From: Thermodesulfobacteriota bacterium
Lineage (GTDB): Bacteria; Desulfobacterota; Desulfobulbia; Desulfobulbales; Desulfocapsaceae
NCBI GenBank assembly: GCA_039715055.1
Contig: JBDLID010000004.1
Location: 1-51,682 of the forward strand
Reading direction: 5' to 3'
DNA length: 51,682 nt
In this document: piece by piece, positions 35,883 through 45,880 of the stretch
How the letters are laid out: each line of letters starts with the position of its first letter
Numbering within the stretch: the stretch's first letter is position 1
Made by a program: the position numbers and the translations under genes
Notes under the pieces: model-generated
Database searches by the model: none
Told to the model about the DNA's origin: nothing
Seen by the model: only the letters and a program-made list of their open reading frames with translations

Positions 35883-37937
35883 TCACCAGACCCTATTGAT
35901 AACTTTCTTTATTGCCTGAACCTGTTCAGCACTTTGTTCACTTTTTAAGGTGACAAAGGATAAGGGGAAGGCAAATTTCTCCTGTTCCCAGACCACCAGG
36001 CTTCCCTCTGCAGCATGTTCTCTTGCCTGATCTTCGAGCATGAAATTAAGCCCCACTCCAGATTTTATCAAACTGAGAATAGCTGCTTCATCACTGGCCG
36101 CAATGACCCGTTGAGGGAAGAAGCCCCGATCATAAAAGATATCGTCCATCATTTGACAGTAGGGACATTCCGCTGGATTACCGATCCAGGGAAGCTCTGC
36201 CAGATCTTCATATTCAGCATTCATAATCTTGTCAGCCATCTGGGATGGTCCCACAATTCGCAAATAAAGGGTAACCAGGTGTTGAACCACGAACCTGTCA
36301 TCATCACAGGTTCCAAAAACAAAACCGCCATGCAACTCACCGCTTGCGATAAGCTTCAGGATATTACCGGAAATGGACTGATGAAACCGCAGCACCATTT
36401 CTGTATCTCCAGGGGAGAAATTCTGAATAACTTTTTCAATCTTAAGAAGTTCGGGGTCACAGTTCAATCCAACCACCACCTCTTTGCCGATTGGTACATT
36501 ACTGAGCCTTTTTGGAGGTTTAATCAGTGAATCAGCCAGCTTACCAAGTGCTTCCATGCCCTGTTCAAGTCTGTCACTCCAGGGATGACCATACGATAAC
36601 CGAATACAATGGTCATACTGGCCACTACCTGAGCAGAGCGTACCCGGCATTATGGCAATATCCTCCTTTTCCGCCAGGCGAAACAGTTCAAGGCTGTCCA
36701 CATTGCCCGGCAACTCTACCCAGAGGCTCAGTCCTCCTCTTGGAGACGATATCCGGGTACCCGGGGGAAAGTAGCGAACAATGGCCTGGCTCATGTCTGC
36801 GGCCTGTCTGCGAAGACTGGTTCGCAGTTTCCGCAGGTGACGGTCATATCCACCGGTCTCCAGAAAGTTGGCAAGAGCATGCTGCATAAGCTGAGAGCAT
36901 GCAATGGAGTTGTTGAACTTGAACCGTTTTACTTTTTCCCGGTATTTCCCGGCCAGAAGCCAGCCAAGCCTCATGTCCGGCAGGAGAGCCTTGGAAAACG
37001 AACTACAGTAGAGCACCATTCCCTGACTGTCAAAGTGTTTAAGAGGGAGAGATTTGGACTCTCCAAAGTAGAGATCGCCGTAAATGTCATCTTCAATGAT
37101 TGGTATGCCCCGTTCACTGAAGAGTGCAACCAGGCCCCGTTTGGCAGACTGCTCCGTATCAAACCCCAACGGGTTCTGAAATGTTGGATTGAAAAGGGCG
37201 GCACGAATATCATGCTCATCAAGTGCGTTACGAATTGTATGTAAATCCAATCCGCTGGACGGGTCTGCCGGAATTTCAAGGGCCTGCATGTTGAGGTCTT
37301 CAATCAACTGGAGGTAACAGAGAAAGGTGGGAGATTCCATCAGGATGATGTCCCCTGGTCTTGCCACACTTCTCAAACAAAGCTCGATACCGCTCATGCA
37401 GCCCTGGGTCACAATAATCTCACTGCCGCATTCCCTGTGGGGAAGATTCAGGGAGCGCTTGGCAATCCCTCGTCTCAGCTTTTCAAGCCCTGCAGAAGAT
37501 CCATAACCAACACTGACCCCATCCTGATATCCAGCAGCGGCAGTTCGTATGGCTGCAGCCATCTGCTTTCCCGGTAGAAGAGACGGCGCTGCAGTGGCCT
37601 CACCAAAAGGTATCAGGTCAGGATTGTCCAGGGATCGTTGAATGAGGGAGGACAGCACATTGATTGCCACCTTGTGTGATTTCACGGGAGAAGTGGACTG
37701 ATTTGGTAAGGGGAGGATATCTCGCAGCAGAGGTTTTGCAAAAAATCCCGACTTCTCTCTTACTTCAACCAGTCCACGGTTCTCCAACTCTTCATAGGCC
37801 TGATAAATGGTGGAGATTGATCTGCCTGTGGCGGCCTTAAGCTTTCGCAACGACGGAAGTTTCTCTCCGGCTCGATAATCACCTGCTTGAATCTGTCTTT
37901 CCAGTTTGTTGGCCAGTTGTACATAGTGATATTCCAT
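35883..37937 (-). CDS. MocR-like regulator (GntR-family HTH plus class I/II aminotransferase-like domain) with an extra C-terminal LysR-type substrate-binding (PBP2) domain.
   Basis: There is a GntR winged HTH at the N-terminus and an aminotransferase fold in the middle. The last ~200 aa show the LTTR effector-domain pattern (ILKLIASGELHGGFVFG...LRIVGP...VIAASDEAAILSLIKSGVGLNFM). The ORF is 684 aa versus about 480 aa for a typical MocR. Confidence 0.8.
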   Translation of the reverse strand: MEYHYVQLANKLERQIQAGDYRAGEKLPSLRKLKAATGRSISTIYQAYEELENRGLVEVREKSGFFAKPLLRDILPLPNQSTSPVKSHKVAINVLSSLIQRSLDNPDLIPFGEATAAPSLLPGKQMAAAIRTAAAGYQDGVSVGYGSSAGLEKLRRGIAKRSLNLPHRECGSEIIVTQGCMSGIELCLRSVARPGDIILMESPTFLCYLQLIEDLNMQALEIPADPSSGLDLHTIRNALDEHDIRAALFNPTFQNPLGFDTEQSAKRGLVALFSERGIPIIEDDIYGDLYFGESKSLPLKHFDSQGMVLYCSSFSKALLPDMRLGWLLAGKYREKVKRFKFNNSIACSQLMQHALANFLETGGYDRHLRKLRTSLRRQAADMSQAIVRYFPPGTRISSPRGGLSLWVELPGNVDSLELFRLAEKEDIAIMPGTLCSGSGQYDHCIRLSYGHPWSDRLEQGMEALGKLADSLIKPPKRLSNVPIGKEVVVGLNCDPELLKIEKVIQNFSPGDTEMVLRFHQSISGNILKLIASGELHGGFVFGTCDDDRFVVQHLVTLYLRIVGPSQMADKIMNAEYEDLAELPWIGNPAECPYCQMMDDIFYDRGFFPQRVIAASDEAAILSLIKSGVGLNFMLEDQAREHAAEGSLVVWEQEKFAFPLSFVTLKSEQSAEQVQAIKKVINRVW

Positions 37938-38070
37938 GGTCTCACCCTGACACTGCGCAATCTGTTATGGTTGTTTTTTTATATTTCTGCATCTGTTCCT
38001 ATCTAGCATCTTAACTATTATGAAGTAAAGGGAAAAAATAACAGATCAGGAAGTTAAACCGGGAGGAAAG

Positions 38071-38268
38071 GTGATGAAGGTAGAGAGATTCAAAGAGAAT
38101 TTATGTTGGCTGATGTGCCCTGAAGACAGCAGTGTCCTGGAGGAAGAATGGATGAGAAACTACTCCTTCAATCAAAATGCAAAGGAATCTCTATTGTCGG
38201 TTATCAAGTTTCTCCTCTGGTACGCGATATCCGTTGTCATGGCTTTTATTCTGGCCGGGCTGGACTAA
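38071..38268 (+). CDS. Small hypothetical protein (65 aa) with a C-terminal transmembrane helix, divergent from the MocR-like regulator.
   Basis: ORF with a hydrophobic C-terminus (LLSVIKFLLWYAISVVMAFILAGL). No homology was recognised. Confidence 0.3.
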   Translation: MMKVERFKENLCWLMCPEDSSVLEEEWMRNYSFNQNAKESLLSVIKFLLWYAISVVMAFILAGLD

Positions 38269-38321
38269 AAAATTTTCTGTACCGGTTTATGGATACGGAA
38301 CACATCCACAGGTGATACAAG

Positions 38322-38843
38322 ATGATTAGACAAGCGACAGGCACTCTCAACAGAGAAACTTACAACAACGATTCAGCAGATCAAAAAAGACTGTTAGCAG
38401 ATGTAATCAAATGGTTTAATACTGTATCGGAGATCCGGGAAAGATCACCAGCAATTTTAACCGTCCACAGAGACACGGGATTTGGCAATCAACTGACAAG
38501 CACTGTTACCTGCGTGGAAGAAGCTGTCCATATTCCACGGGGGCTGCGAAACTTCAGGAGTAAACCACAATTTGACCTCGTTTTTTACTCACCTCTTCAT
38601 GGTGCTGAAAACCTGGACCATCTCTTAGAAGATTTCTGCTACTGCCGGATGCTGTTGAGACCCGGCGGATTCATTTTTTTTAGAGCAGAGCCCGATGCAC
38701 CCTGGTGGGCCAACTGCTGGTTTAGCGGAGCAGGCAAAGAAAAGATGTCCTGGCTTCGGCAGGCAGGATACATGAAGGTCATGAGGACAAAAATTGGTAC
38801 TGAGATGGTTGTCTGTGGGCAACGACCACTACCGAACTATTAA
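38322..38843 (+). CDS. Hypothetical protein with weak methyltransferase-like features.
   Basis: 173-aa ORF with an LLRPGGFIFF-type motif. No confident family assignment. Confidence 0.4.
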   Translation: MIRQATGTLNRETYNNDSADQKRLLADVIKWFNTVSEIRERSPAILTVHRDTGFGNQLTSTVTCVEEAVHIPRGLRNFRSKPQFDLVFYSPLHGAENLDHLLEDFCYCRMLLRPGGFIFFRAEPDAPWWANCWFSGAGKEKMSWLRQAGYMKVMRTKIGTEMVVCGQRPLPNY

Positions 38844-39034
38844 CCCGCATTTATCATCAAAAACTATTAGGGTAGCGGTAAACACTGCTTCAGAAACAAA
38901 CATTTTTTCTGATCTTCTGAACAGAAAGTCCTTCGATAACGTCTGCAGGACAATTAACAGGTAGTTTCTCACACCCGCAGACCATTACGCTTTCTAAACA
39001 ATACTATTACCACCTCCTGCCAAATGGGTTCGCT

Positions 39035-39814
39035 ATGAAAATGAAGCTCTACCAAATTGATGCCTTTACTGATCAACTCTTTTCTGGGAATCCGGCTGCA
39101 GTCTGCCCCCTTGACGACTGGCTGTCCGACGACTTGATGCAGCAGATAGCCCTGGAGAATAATCTGTCGGAGACAGCTTTTTTTGTGTTTCGCGATGGCG
39201 AATATGAGCTTCGCTGGTTCACTCCGGCAACAGAGGTTGACCTGTGTGGCCATGCCACCCTGGCCTCCGCATATGTGATTTTTAATGTTTTGAATTATGA
39301 TTCCGGACAAATCATCTTTAATACCAGAAGCGGCCAGCTGGTGGTGGGCAAACAAAAAGACTTCTTCTCCATGGATTTTCCATCACAGCCTCCCACCGCC
39401 TGCGAGGTTCCGCCAAACCTTATCGCTGCTCTCGGTGTGCAACCTGAAGAGGTACTGTCTTGTGAGGATCTCCTTGTCGTTTTCCAATCGCAAAACGATG
39501 TGGAACAATTGACTCCTGTTTTCAATTTATTGAAAAAAATTCCCCAACGAGGAGTGATTGTCACCGCGCCGGGCAACGATGCTGACTTCGTATCGCGCTG
39601 CTTTTTCCCAAACCTGGGAATCAACGAAGACCCTGTTACGGGTTCTGCCCACTGCACATTAACACCTTATTGGGCCAAACGACTGGACAAGACGGAACTG
39701 GAAGCTCACCAGGTCTCTTCCAGGGGTGGAAAACTGCGATGCAAAATTGATGGGTCAAGAGTGGTGATGTACGGACAAGCGGTCAAATACCTGGAAGGGT
39801 TGATCGAGATTTAA
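39035..39814 (+). CDS. PhzF-family (phenazine biosynthesis-like) isomerase/epimerase-fold protein.
   Basis: PhzF signature N-terminus (LYQIDAFTDQLFSGNPAAV...LSETAFF), 259 aa. Confidence 0.85.
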   Translation: MKMKLYQIDAFTDQLFSGNPAAVCPLDDWLSDDLMQQIALENNLSETAFFVFRDGEYELRWFTPATEVDLCGHATLASAYVIFNVLNYDSGQIIFNTRSGQLVVGKQKDFFSMDFPSQPPTACEVPPNLIAALGVQPEEVLSCEDLLVVFQSQNDVEQLTPVFNLLKKIPQRGVIVTAPGNDADFVSRCFFPNLGINEDPVTGSAHCTLTPYWAKRLDKTELEAHQVSSRGGKLRCKIDGSRVVMYGQAVKYLEGLIEI

Positions 39815-39839
39815 CCTGCCAGGGCGAGATGATGCAGAA

Positions 39840-41393
39840 TCAATCTCCACCTTTTTCGGATTGAACCACCTCATCATACTCTTCGGGAAAGTGTTCCTGA
39901 GCACATTCCGGACAGATAGCGTGGCTGATATCAGCCTGGGAGTGGCTTCGAATAAATGTATCTACCTGTTGCCAATAACCTTCGTCATCACGTATTTTTT
40001 TGCAATATGAGCAGAACGGCAGAATCCCTTTTAAGGTTTTAATTTCGACTATTGCTTTTTCCAGTTCAAGGATAACCTCCTCTTTTTTCTCTTCTGCCCT
40101 TTTTCGCTGTTTTACTTCAATACTTAATTCATCTCTTGAAGCCATGGTTTTGTGGAGATTTTCCGACATATTGTTCAATGATTGTGCCAAAGACCCTATT
40201 TCATCACCAGAAAGCACATCTGCTCTTTTTTCAAGATTACCTTCACCAATGACTTGAGCAGTTTCTGCCAATTTCACTATGGGACTGGCAACCCATTTTC
40301 CCAAAAGCAAAGAAACAAAAGCGGTTAATATAGTGATCAAAATTCCGGAAACAAGAATTAACAGTGTTGTTTGATCAATAGCCTTTTCGGCTTCTTCTTT
40401 AGCCATACATACAAGAACATGCCAACCTTCACCTAAATTCCCTTTAATGTGGTCGATGGATTCTTTACTGCCTCCAAAACCAAATTTATCCGATCCCATT
40501 GTTATTCGAATGGGAGAAAAAGCAGCTAACCAGTCATCATTGCTTCCCGAGACAATTATGGTACCGTTTTCTTTTTTATGTAACTGCTCCAGATGTGCAT
40601 CGTTAACTTTTGTAGATAAGGGCACGATGCCCTGTTCGGCTACTATTAACCCACCGGTGCGTACTATTCTTAATTTGCCGCTATTTCGCTGACTAAACTC
40701 CTGGATGACATCGGTCAACGGTCCCATAATATTGACATTGCTTTTCAAAATTCCAATAATCTCATTATCATTCATTATTGGAATAACCACTCCGAGAACA
40801 TACCCCCCAACACTCGTATCAAAACCACGGTCATCCAGAAAAACTCTGCCCTTACCATTATCAAAGCACGCTAGCCACCAGTATTTATGAGCATGGGCAA
40901 GAGTTGTGAGTTTTCCAGTTGTAGCGACCATCACCCCGTAACGATTAGTAAGAAATATTTCACCGTACTCCTTTGGTAAAATTACCTGCTGTTTTTTTAG
41001 ATAGTCAGCAGCAGGGTTGAACATGTGCTCCTGAACAAAAGGGTCGTTGATGTCAACTGCGTTCTTCCATTGTTTGTTGAGTCGGTCAATCTCTTGCTCT
41101 CTTTGTGCATCTGAAAATGCGGCAAATTCAGAATTACTCTTCAGCAGAGTATTTTTAATAAGAGGTGAAGAGGAAAGAGTCGTGGCAATTTTTGTCTTTT
41201 CTGTGAGGCGGGAATCCAAATGTAACGCAACTTCTTGTGCAATATTTTGCAATCTTTGCAGCTCCTTGCCTTGAAGAACTCTATGACTGTACATGTCATA
41301 TCCTACTGAAAGCAGGAGTAATATGACAACTCCGAACAAAGTCATTATGATCGAAGCTTTATACTGTAGCTTCATAATTCTCCCCATTTGCAA
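39840..41393 (-). CDS. Membrane sensor: TM, Cache-like periplasmic domain, TM, HAMP, coiled coil and a C-terminal Cys4 (CxxC...CxxC) module. No kinase, MCP, GGDEF or other known output domain is present.
   Basis: Two TM segments flank a ~300-aa periplasmic region. The HAMP sequence is SPIVKLAETAQVIGEGNL...IGSLAQSLNNM. The C-terminal module is FCSYCKKIRDDEGYWQQVDTFIRSHSQADISHAICPEC. Confidence 0.7.
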   Translation of the reverse strand: MQMGRIMKLQYKASIIMTLFGVVILLLLSVGYDMYSHRVLQGKELQRLQNIAQEVALHLDSRLTEKTKIATTLSSSPLIKNTLLKSNSEFAAFSDAQREQEIDRLNKQWKNAVDINDPFVQEHMFNPAADYLKKQQVILPKEYGEIFLTNRYGVMVATTGKLTTLAHAHKYWWLACFDNGKGRVFLDDRGFDTSVGGYVLGVVIPIMNDNEIIGILKSNVNIMGPLTDVIQEFSQRNSGKLRIVRTGGLIVAEQGIVPLSTKVNDAHLEQLHKKENGTIIVSGSNDDWLAAFSPIRITMGSDKFGFGGSKESIDHIKGNLGEGWHVLVCMAKEEAEKAIDQTTLLILVSGILITILTAFVSLLLGKWVASPIVKLAETAQVIGEGNLEKRADVLSGDEIGSLAQSLNNMSENLHKTMASRDELSIEVKQRKRAEEKKEEVILELEKAIVEIKTLKGILPFCSYCKKIRDDEGYWQQVDTFIRSHSQADISHAICPECAQEHFPEEYDEVVQSEKGGD

Positions 41394-41636
41394 GCGCTGA
41401 CATCGGTTTTGATCTTTTCAACGGAGGTACGGTGTCAGAGTGGACCTCATTGTTCTGCCGCCTCTAACCACGTTCTCTTTTCAGTATAGCGGCAGACAAG
41501 CGACAGTACAATTGATCCCATTAAAATTGGCCCCCAAAACACGGAAAAAGTGAATATTCATATTGGTACTGGATCAGTATTGAGTTTTATATTATTCTGA
41601 TATCAAACCAATTTCTCAGATTCCAGATACCCCCTT

Positions 41637-43013
41637 GTGAGGCAAATGAAGACAATGAAGATCCTGAAACTATTCCCCTTAGCTGCCATCCTGTCCCTCA
41701 TCATCAGCACCAATGGTTTTGCGGCTAATGATAAACTCAACTGGATCGGGCACTGGAAAGGAGAGGACAAGCGGGAACAGCTGGTGATGGAGATCAAAAA
41801 AGAATTTGAATTTCTCAATCCCGATGTGGATGTCAATTTCACCTTTGGCAAGGATCTGGATGCTCCCGGCCGCAACCGTAAGTGGAAAGCCGCCAACAAC
41901 ATCGCCCAGATGATCAAAAGCGGCAACATCACCTGGGACGTCGTCTTTCTCGACTATGTTGTCTACAACCACGTCGCTGAAATCATTGGCGATCCTGACT
42001 GGGGCTCCAAGCACCTCCTCGATGTCAGCAATGAACCGTGGTTTCAAAAAAGCCAAAAAGACTTCATTCTCAACACACCGTACTACAGAGATCAGATAGG
42101 CGGCCTCCTGGTTGGTCCCTATATCGAGGGATTTATCACCTGCCTCTGGTACAACCGCAAAGTGGCCGGCCAGACCGGAATACAGGTCAAGGAACGAAAG
42201 ATGACAGCAGAGGATTTTATCTCCTATGCCAGAGAACTTTCCGACTACAACAAAAAGAACAACACCTCCATCCCCCTTATCAAGCTCTGCGTCTGGAACA
42301 GACTGGAGGTATTATTTGAGTACCTCTACAAGAGTCTCTGCCCTGACCCGCAGTATGCCATCGACCAGTCATACAGCCCGGAAAAGGCTGAACTCTTTTT
42401 AAAGACATTGAATGTCTTTGAAGAGCTGGCAAAATACCCGCTTGTTCTCAATGCTGATTATGAAACCCTGGCCCATGACAAGTGGCACCGCCAGTATCTT
42501 AATGGAGATGGGCTTTTCATTGTCGCCGGAACCTATATGTACAGCCATTTTTATGGCATGGATCCGGTCAAATTCAAAGACCTCATCCCGGTGGAACCCC
42601 CTGTCATTAACAAGATGAACGGTCTCGTTGGCGACTACGTGACCACCTTTGCGGTGATGAAAAATTCCAAAAACAGGAAAGCGGCCATTAACCTGCTCAA
42701 GCTCTGGTCGGAACCGCGGTTAGCAGAAAAGTGGATCTCTTACACCAAGAACCCAACCGCTCTCAAGCAACACCTGAACAGCCCGTTTTCAGAAACCATG
42801 GGTGATGATGTTTACAACAAGTTCATCATGGACATGAGTGTGGAATACAGCGATATGCCCATCAGGTATATCAGGGCTCTAACGTATATTTTTGGTGAAA
42901 AGAACCCGGTTACTCCAAATGAATTGCGCACCAAGCTTGCGCTGATCATGACCGGTAAACTAACTGCCCGCCAGTACTATGACGATGTGATGCAAAGAGT
43001 CGGGGACAAATAA
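41637..43013 (+). CDS. Periplasmic extracellular solute-binding protein (family 1-like ABC substrate-binding protein). It is orphan, with no permease or ATPase nearby.
   Basis: A signal peptide is followed by a ~430-aa SBP-like architecture. It is divergent from the Cache sensor gene. Confidence 0.65.
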   Translation: MRQMKTMKILKLFPLAAILSLIISTNGFAANDKLNWIGHWKGEDKREQLVMEIKKEFEFLNPDVDVNFTFGKDLDAPGRNRKWKAANNIAQMIKSGNITWDVVFLDYVVYNHVAEIIGDPDWGSKHLLDVSNEPWFQKSQKDFILNTPYYRDQIGGLLVGPYIEGFITCLWYNRKVAGQTGIQVKERKMTAEDFISYARELSDYNKKNNTSIPLIKLCVWNRLEVLFEYLYKSLCPDPQYAIDQSYSPEKAELFLKTLNVFEELAKYPLVLNADYETLAHDKWHRQYLNGDGLFIVAGTYMYSHFYGMDPVKFKDLIPVEPPVINKMNGLVGDYVTTFAVMKNSKNRKAAINLLKLWSEPRLAEKWISYTKNPTALKQHLNSPFSETMGDDVYNKFIMDMSVEYSDMPIRYIRALTYIFGEKNPVTPNELRTKLALIMTGKLTARQYYDDVMQRVGDK

Positions 43014-43085
43014 TATTAACCTGCCTGAAGATGGGAACGTAAAGCCACGGTCTTAATTGATTAGCGGTTCCCTTAGCATTGATGG

Positions 43086-44804
43086 CTACCTGTTGGTTTG
43101 ATTATTATTTTTAGCCTGACCACCTGTCTGCTCTTTTAAGCCCTGCACTAAATTCGAGGCTCCGAGAATGGCGGCAGCTCCTTCAAGGCCGCCATTTTCT
43201 CCTGACACCAGGATATTGGGGATCTTAACGATCTTTGGATTTTCCACTGCGGCACGCAGGATTTTATCGAGGACAGCAAGCTGGGTGACCCGTTCCTCAC
43301 CCAGTACGCCAACCTGGGCACCCTGCCCCAGTGCAATCTCGGTTAATTTAAGTTTCTCACCCTCCCCTTTCAGTTTAGCCGCCTCCTTGTCGCGTTCGGC
43401 GATCTTGACCCTGATCTCGGCGGCCACCAGTTCTGATTGCTGATTGGCCTCTGCCCGTGCTTTTTCCGTGGCTATACGCTGGTTTTGAGCTATCTGCTCC
43501 TTGAGAAAGGTATCCCGCAGCTGTTCGGCCAGCTGTTCACGCAACCTGGCAGTGAGCAGTTCCGGTGGCACAGCAGTGTCTGCGATACGGACATCCTTGA
43601 TGCTGACCCCGGCTTTTTTCCCCTCAGGAATAACTGATTCTTCGATACGCTGTTCAACCTCTGTCCGGTGTTCATCAATCATGCTGAGAACTTTCTCAGC
43701 AGCACAGATATTACGGACCACAGAGCGGATCGAGGGAGTGACTATCTTATTCTCGGCTGATTCAACATTTCCAACAGACGCTACGAGAAAAGGGGCATCC
43801 CGGGGCTCGACCTGAACCTGAATACGCAGTTCCTGGGGCACCAGCCAGCCCTCCATACGTGTAAAGATAGCCGAATCTGCGGCATTGTCGGGAACCGCTA
43901 TGGCCAGGCTCCGCTCACTCTGAGTGATCTGACCATCCTGGGTTACCTTAAGGTCGATAAATCGCTGGGTGTAGCCGCCCTCGTAACTCCAGGTCTGTAC
44001 CCGGGTATCAACCAGGGTAACGTTGTAGGCAACGGCGTTAAGGTAATAGCGGCCGGGTTGGAGAGGCTGATTCCAGATACCCACAGAGCCCTTTTTAACA
44101 AGGGGCACAGACAGGGAACCGGCAAGTTCTGACGGTATCTCAGCCAGTTCCAGCTGCGGAGTCTCCTGGATGTTGGATTTGACCACACCGACAAACCCGG
44201 CGGGCACATCGGTGGCCTTACCGGACTTAATCTCAAAGAGATAGCGATTCAGACGATAGGTGCCGGGAGGCAGAATTGAGAGCTGCGGTCCTTTCTGGCC
44301 TCCATTCTTCAGAAAAAAAGTTGCATCGAGCATGTTCTGGAACTTGTCTTCGGGCCAGGCATCGGCAAGGTAGCGGCCACGAAGTGGCTTACCGTCACGG
44401 GCAACTAAAAATCCGTACTGGCCCTCGGCAACACTGAAGACTTCAAGCTCCTCTACTTCAAAAAATACGTTTAAAAGAAACTTGAAGTGAAAACCGGGAG
44501 GCAGTATACGGGCCTGGGGCCCTTTCTGTCCTTCAAAGGCGATAATCTGGCCCGGGTCCATGGACTTACCGAGATAGATGCGCTTAAGATGCCCCACCTT
44601 ATCGGCATCAATGATGACAAAAGAGGTGGAAAGCACGAGATAGCCGGCAGCGAGGAGCATTCCACCGCCAAGCAAACGGCGAACCAGGGGAAGGTGCCTG
44701 GTCTTCTTCTTTTCTTCCATACCGGGCTTCAACTTTGAAGGCATCAGCTGGAGGACAAGAATGCCAAGAATGACAAGAACAATCGCAATAATGACAGAGA
44801 GCAT
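43086..44804 (-). CDS. Flotillin-like SPFH/band-7 family protein (YqiK-like). The start is set at the internal ATG (MLSVIIAIVLVILG...).
   Basis: An N-terminal TM is followed by an SPFH domain and a C-terminal Ala/Glu-rich coiled coil. The ORF-track extension to 44963 encodes a non-homologous hydrophilic leader. Confidence 0.75.
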   Translation of the reverse strand: MLSVIIAIVLVILGILVLQLMPSKLKPGMEEKKKTRHLPLVRRLLGGGMLLAAGYLVLSTSFVIIDADKVGHLKRIYLGKSMDPGQIIAFEGQKGPQARILPPGFHFKFLLNVFFEVEELEVFSVAEGQYGFLVARDGKPLRGRYLADAWPEDKFQNMLDATFFLKNGGQKGPQLSILPPGTYRLNRYLFEIKSGKATDVPAGFVGVVKSNIQETPQLELAEIPSELAGSLSVPLVKKGSVGIWNQPLQPGRYYLNAVAYNVTLVDTRVQTWSYEGGYTQRFIDLKVTQDGQITQSERSLAIAVPDNAADSAIFTRMEGWLVPQELRIQVQVEPRDAPFLVASVGNVESAENKIVTPSIRSVVRNICAAEKVLSMIDEHRTEVEQRIEESVIPEGKKAGVSIKDVRIADTAVPPELLTARLREQLAEQLRDTFLKEQIAQNQRIATEKARAEANQQSELVAAEIRVKIAERDKEAAKLKGEGEKLKLTEIALGQGAQVGVLGEERVTQLAVLDKILRAAVENPKIVKIPNILVSGENGGLEGAAAILGASNLVQGLKEQTGGQAKNNNQTNR

Positions 44805-45129
44805 GGTGAGTTCCTTGTAAAATATCTTATGATTTTTTGAATTTGTGTCAGTGTATGGGCCCCTCCTGGAAAACACAAGGGGAATCCGAATCCAGTTGTT
44901 TTGGCTTTTCTGCTGACAGGAAAACTGTTTCTGCCTGCCCCAATAATCCTGGTCAGTTGCCACCAGTTTTCTGCAACATTTTCTATGGGCCGGCCAACAA
45001 CACCACGATGTAGCACCTTTGATGATTAAACTAACACATCATCAGCGCATCTGTAAATATGGAGGCGAAAAAGAGCTTCCCACAATTGGAAAAATAGAGA
45101 AATGATAAAAAAAATATCCGGGAGGAAAT

Positions 45130-45861
45130 ATGACTGAAATTTCAGACGGTATCCGAATCCTTGACGGCACCACCGATATCGTGGTGGTGGCCCCCCATGG
45201 CCCACTGATAGATGGAAAATTTGAAAATGATGTTCGCACTTCAATTATTGGTGAGGAAATTCATCGTTTACTTGGCTGCTTTACCATTATCAATGATCGT
45301 TTTTTCAAACCGAAGGGTCCTGTAAAAAAGGATGCGAAACAATATTTTCTGGATCTTTACCGGGTGGATCACTCTGCAAAAGTCGCCGGTTACATGGAGG
45401 CAATACGCCACGTTGCCGACTCCGATAAAAAATCGCTGGTCCTGTGGCTGCACGGTATTTTTGACCAGTTTGCCATTGACCGGGCAAAAGAGCACATGGA
45501 GCTGGGACTGTATGAAGGACCACCTGAGAATCTGCAGGCCCTGATAGCCTATGGCCAGGGGGGAGACCCCAAAACAGGTGTCACCCGGGACAGCCTTTCG
45601 GCCCGCCAGGCAACGGTGGACAGGTTCTCAGCCATGCTGAACAAGAGTGGAATCCAAACCATTTTAACCCACCCCCATTGCAACAACTACAGGGGCCGGG
45701 ATGCTAAACGATTCAACCAGTGGTTTATCAACAACGGCTATAACCATGACCAGGTTGAGTCAATCCAGCTGGAACTGAAAGAGTCCGGTTTAAGAGACAC
45801 TAAAGAAAACGCTGTTCAAACCGCCAGGCTTCTTGCGTCAATACTCATGGCTCTAAACTAG
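45130..45861 (+). CDS. N-formylglutamate amidohydrolase (FGase)-like family protein (tentative).
   Basis: Motifs DIVVVAPHGP and LVLWLHGIFD resemble FGase/zinc-carboxypeptidase-like metal ligands. 243 aa. Confidence 0.45.
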   Translation: MTEISDGIRILDGTTDIVVVAPHGPLIDGKFENDVRTSIIGEEIHRLLGCFTIINDRFFKPKGPVKKDAKQYFLDLYRVDHSAKVAGYMEAIRHVADSDKKSLVLWLHGIFDQFAIDRAKEHMELGLYEGPPENLQALIAYGQGGDPKTGVTRDSLSARQATVDRFSAMLNKSGIQTILTHPHCNNYRGRDAKRFNQWFINNGYNHDQVESIQLELKESGLRDTKENAVQTARLLASILMALN

Positions 45862-45880
45862 CCCGGCACACCCTGAGTCC

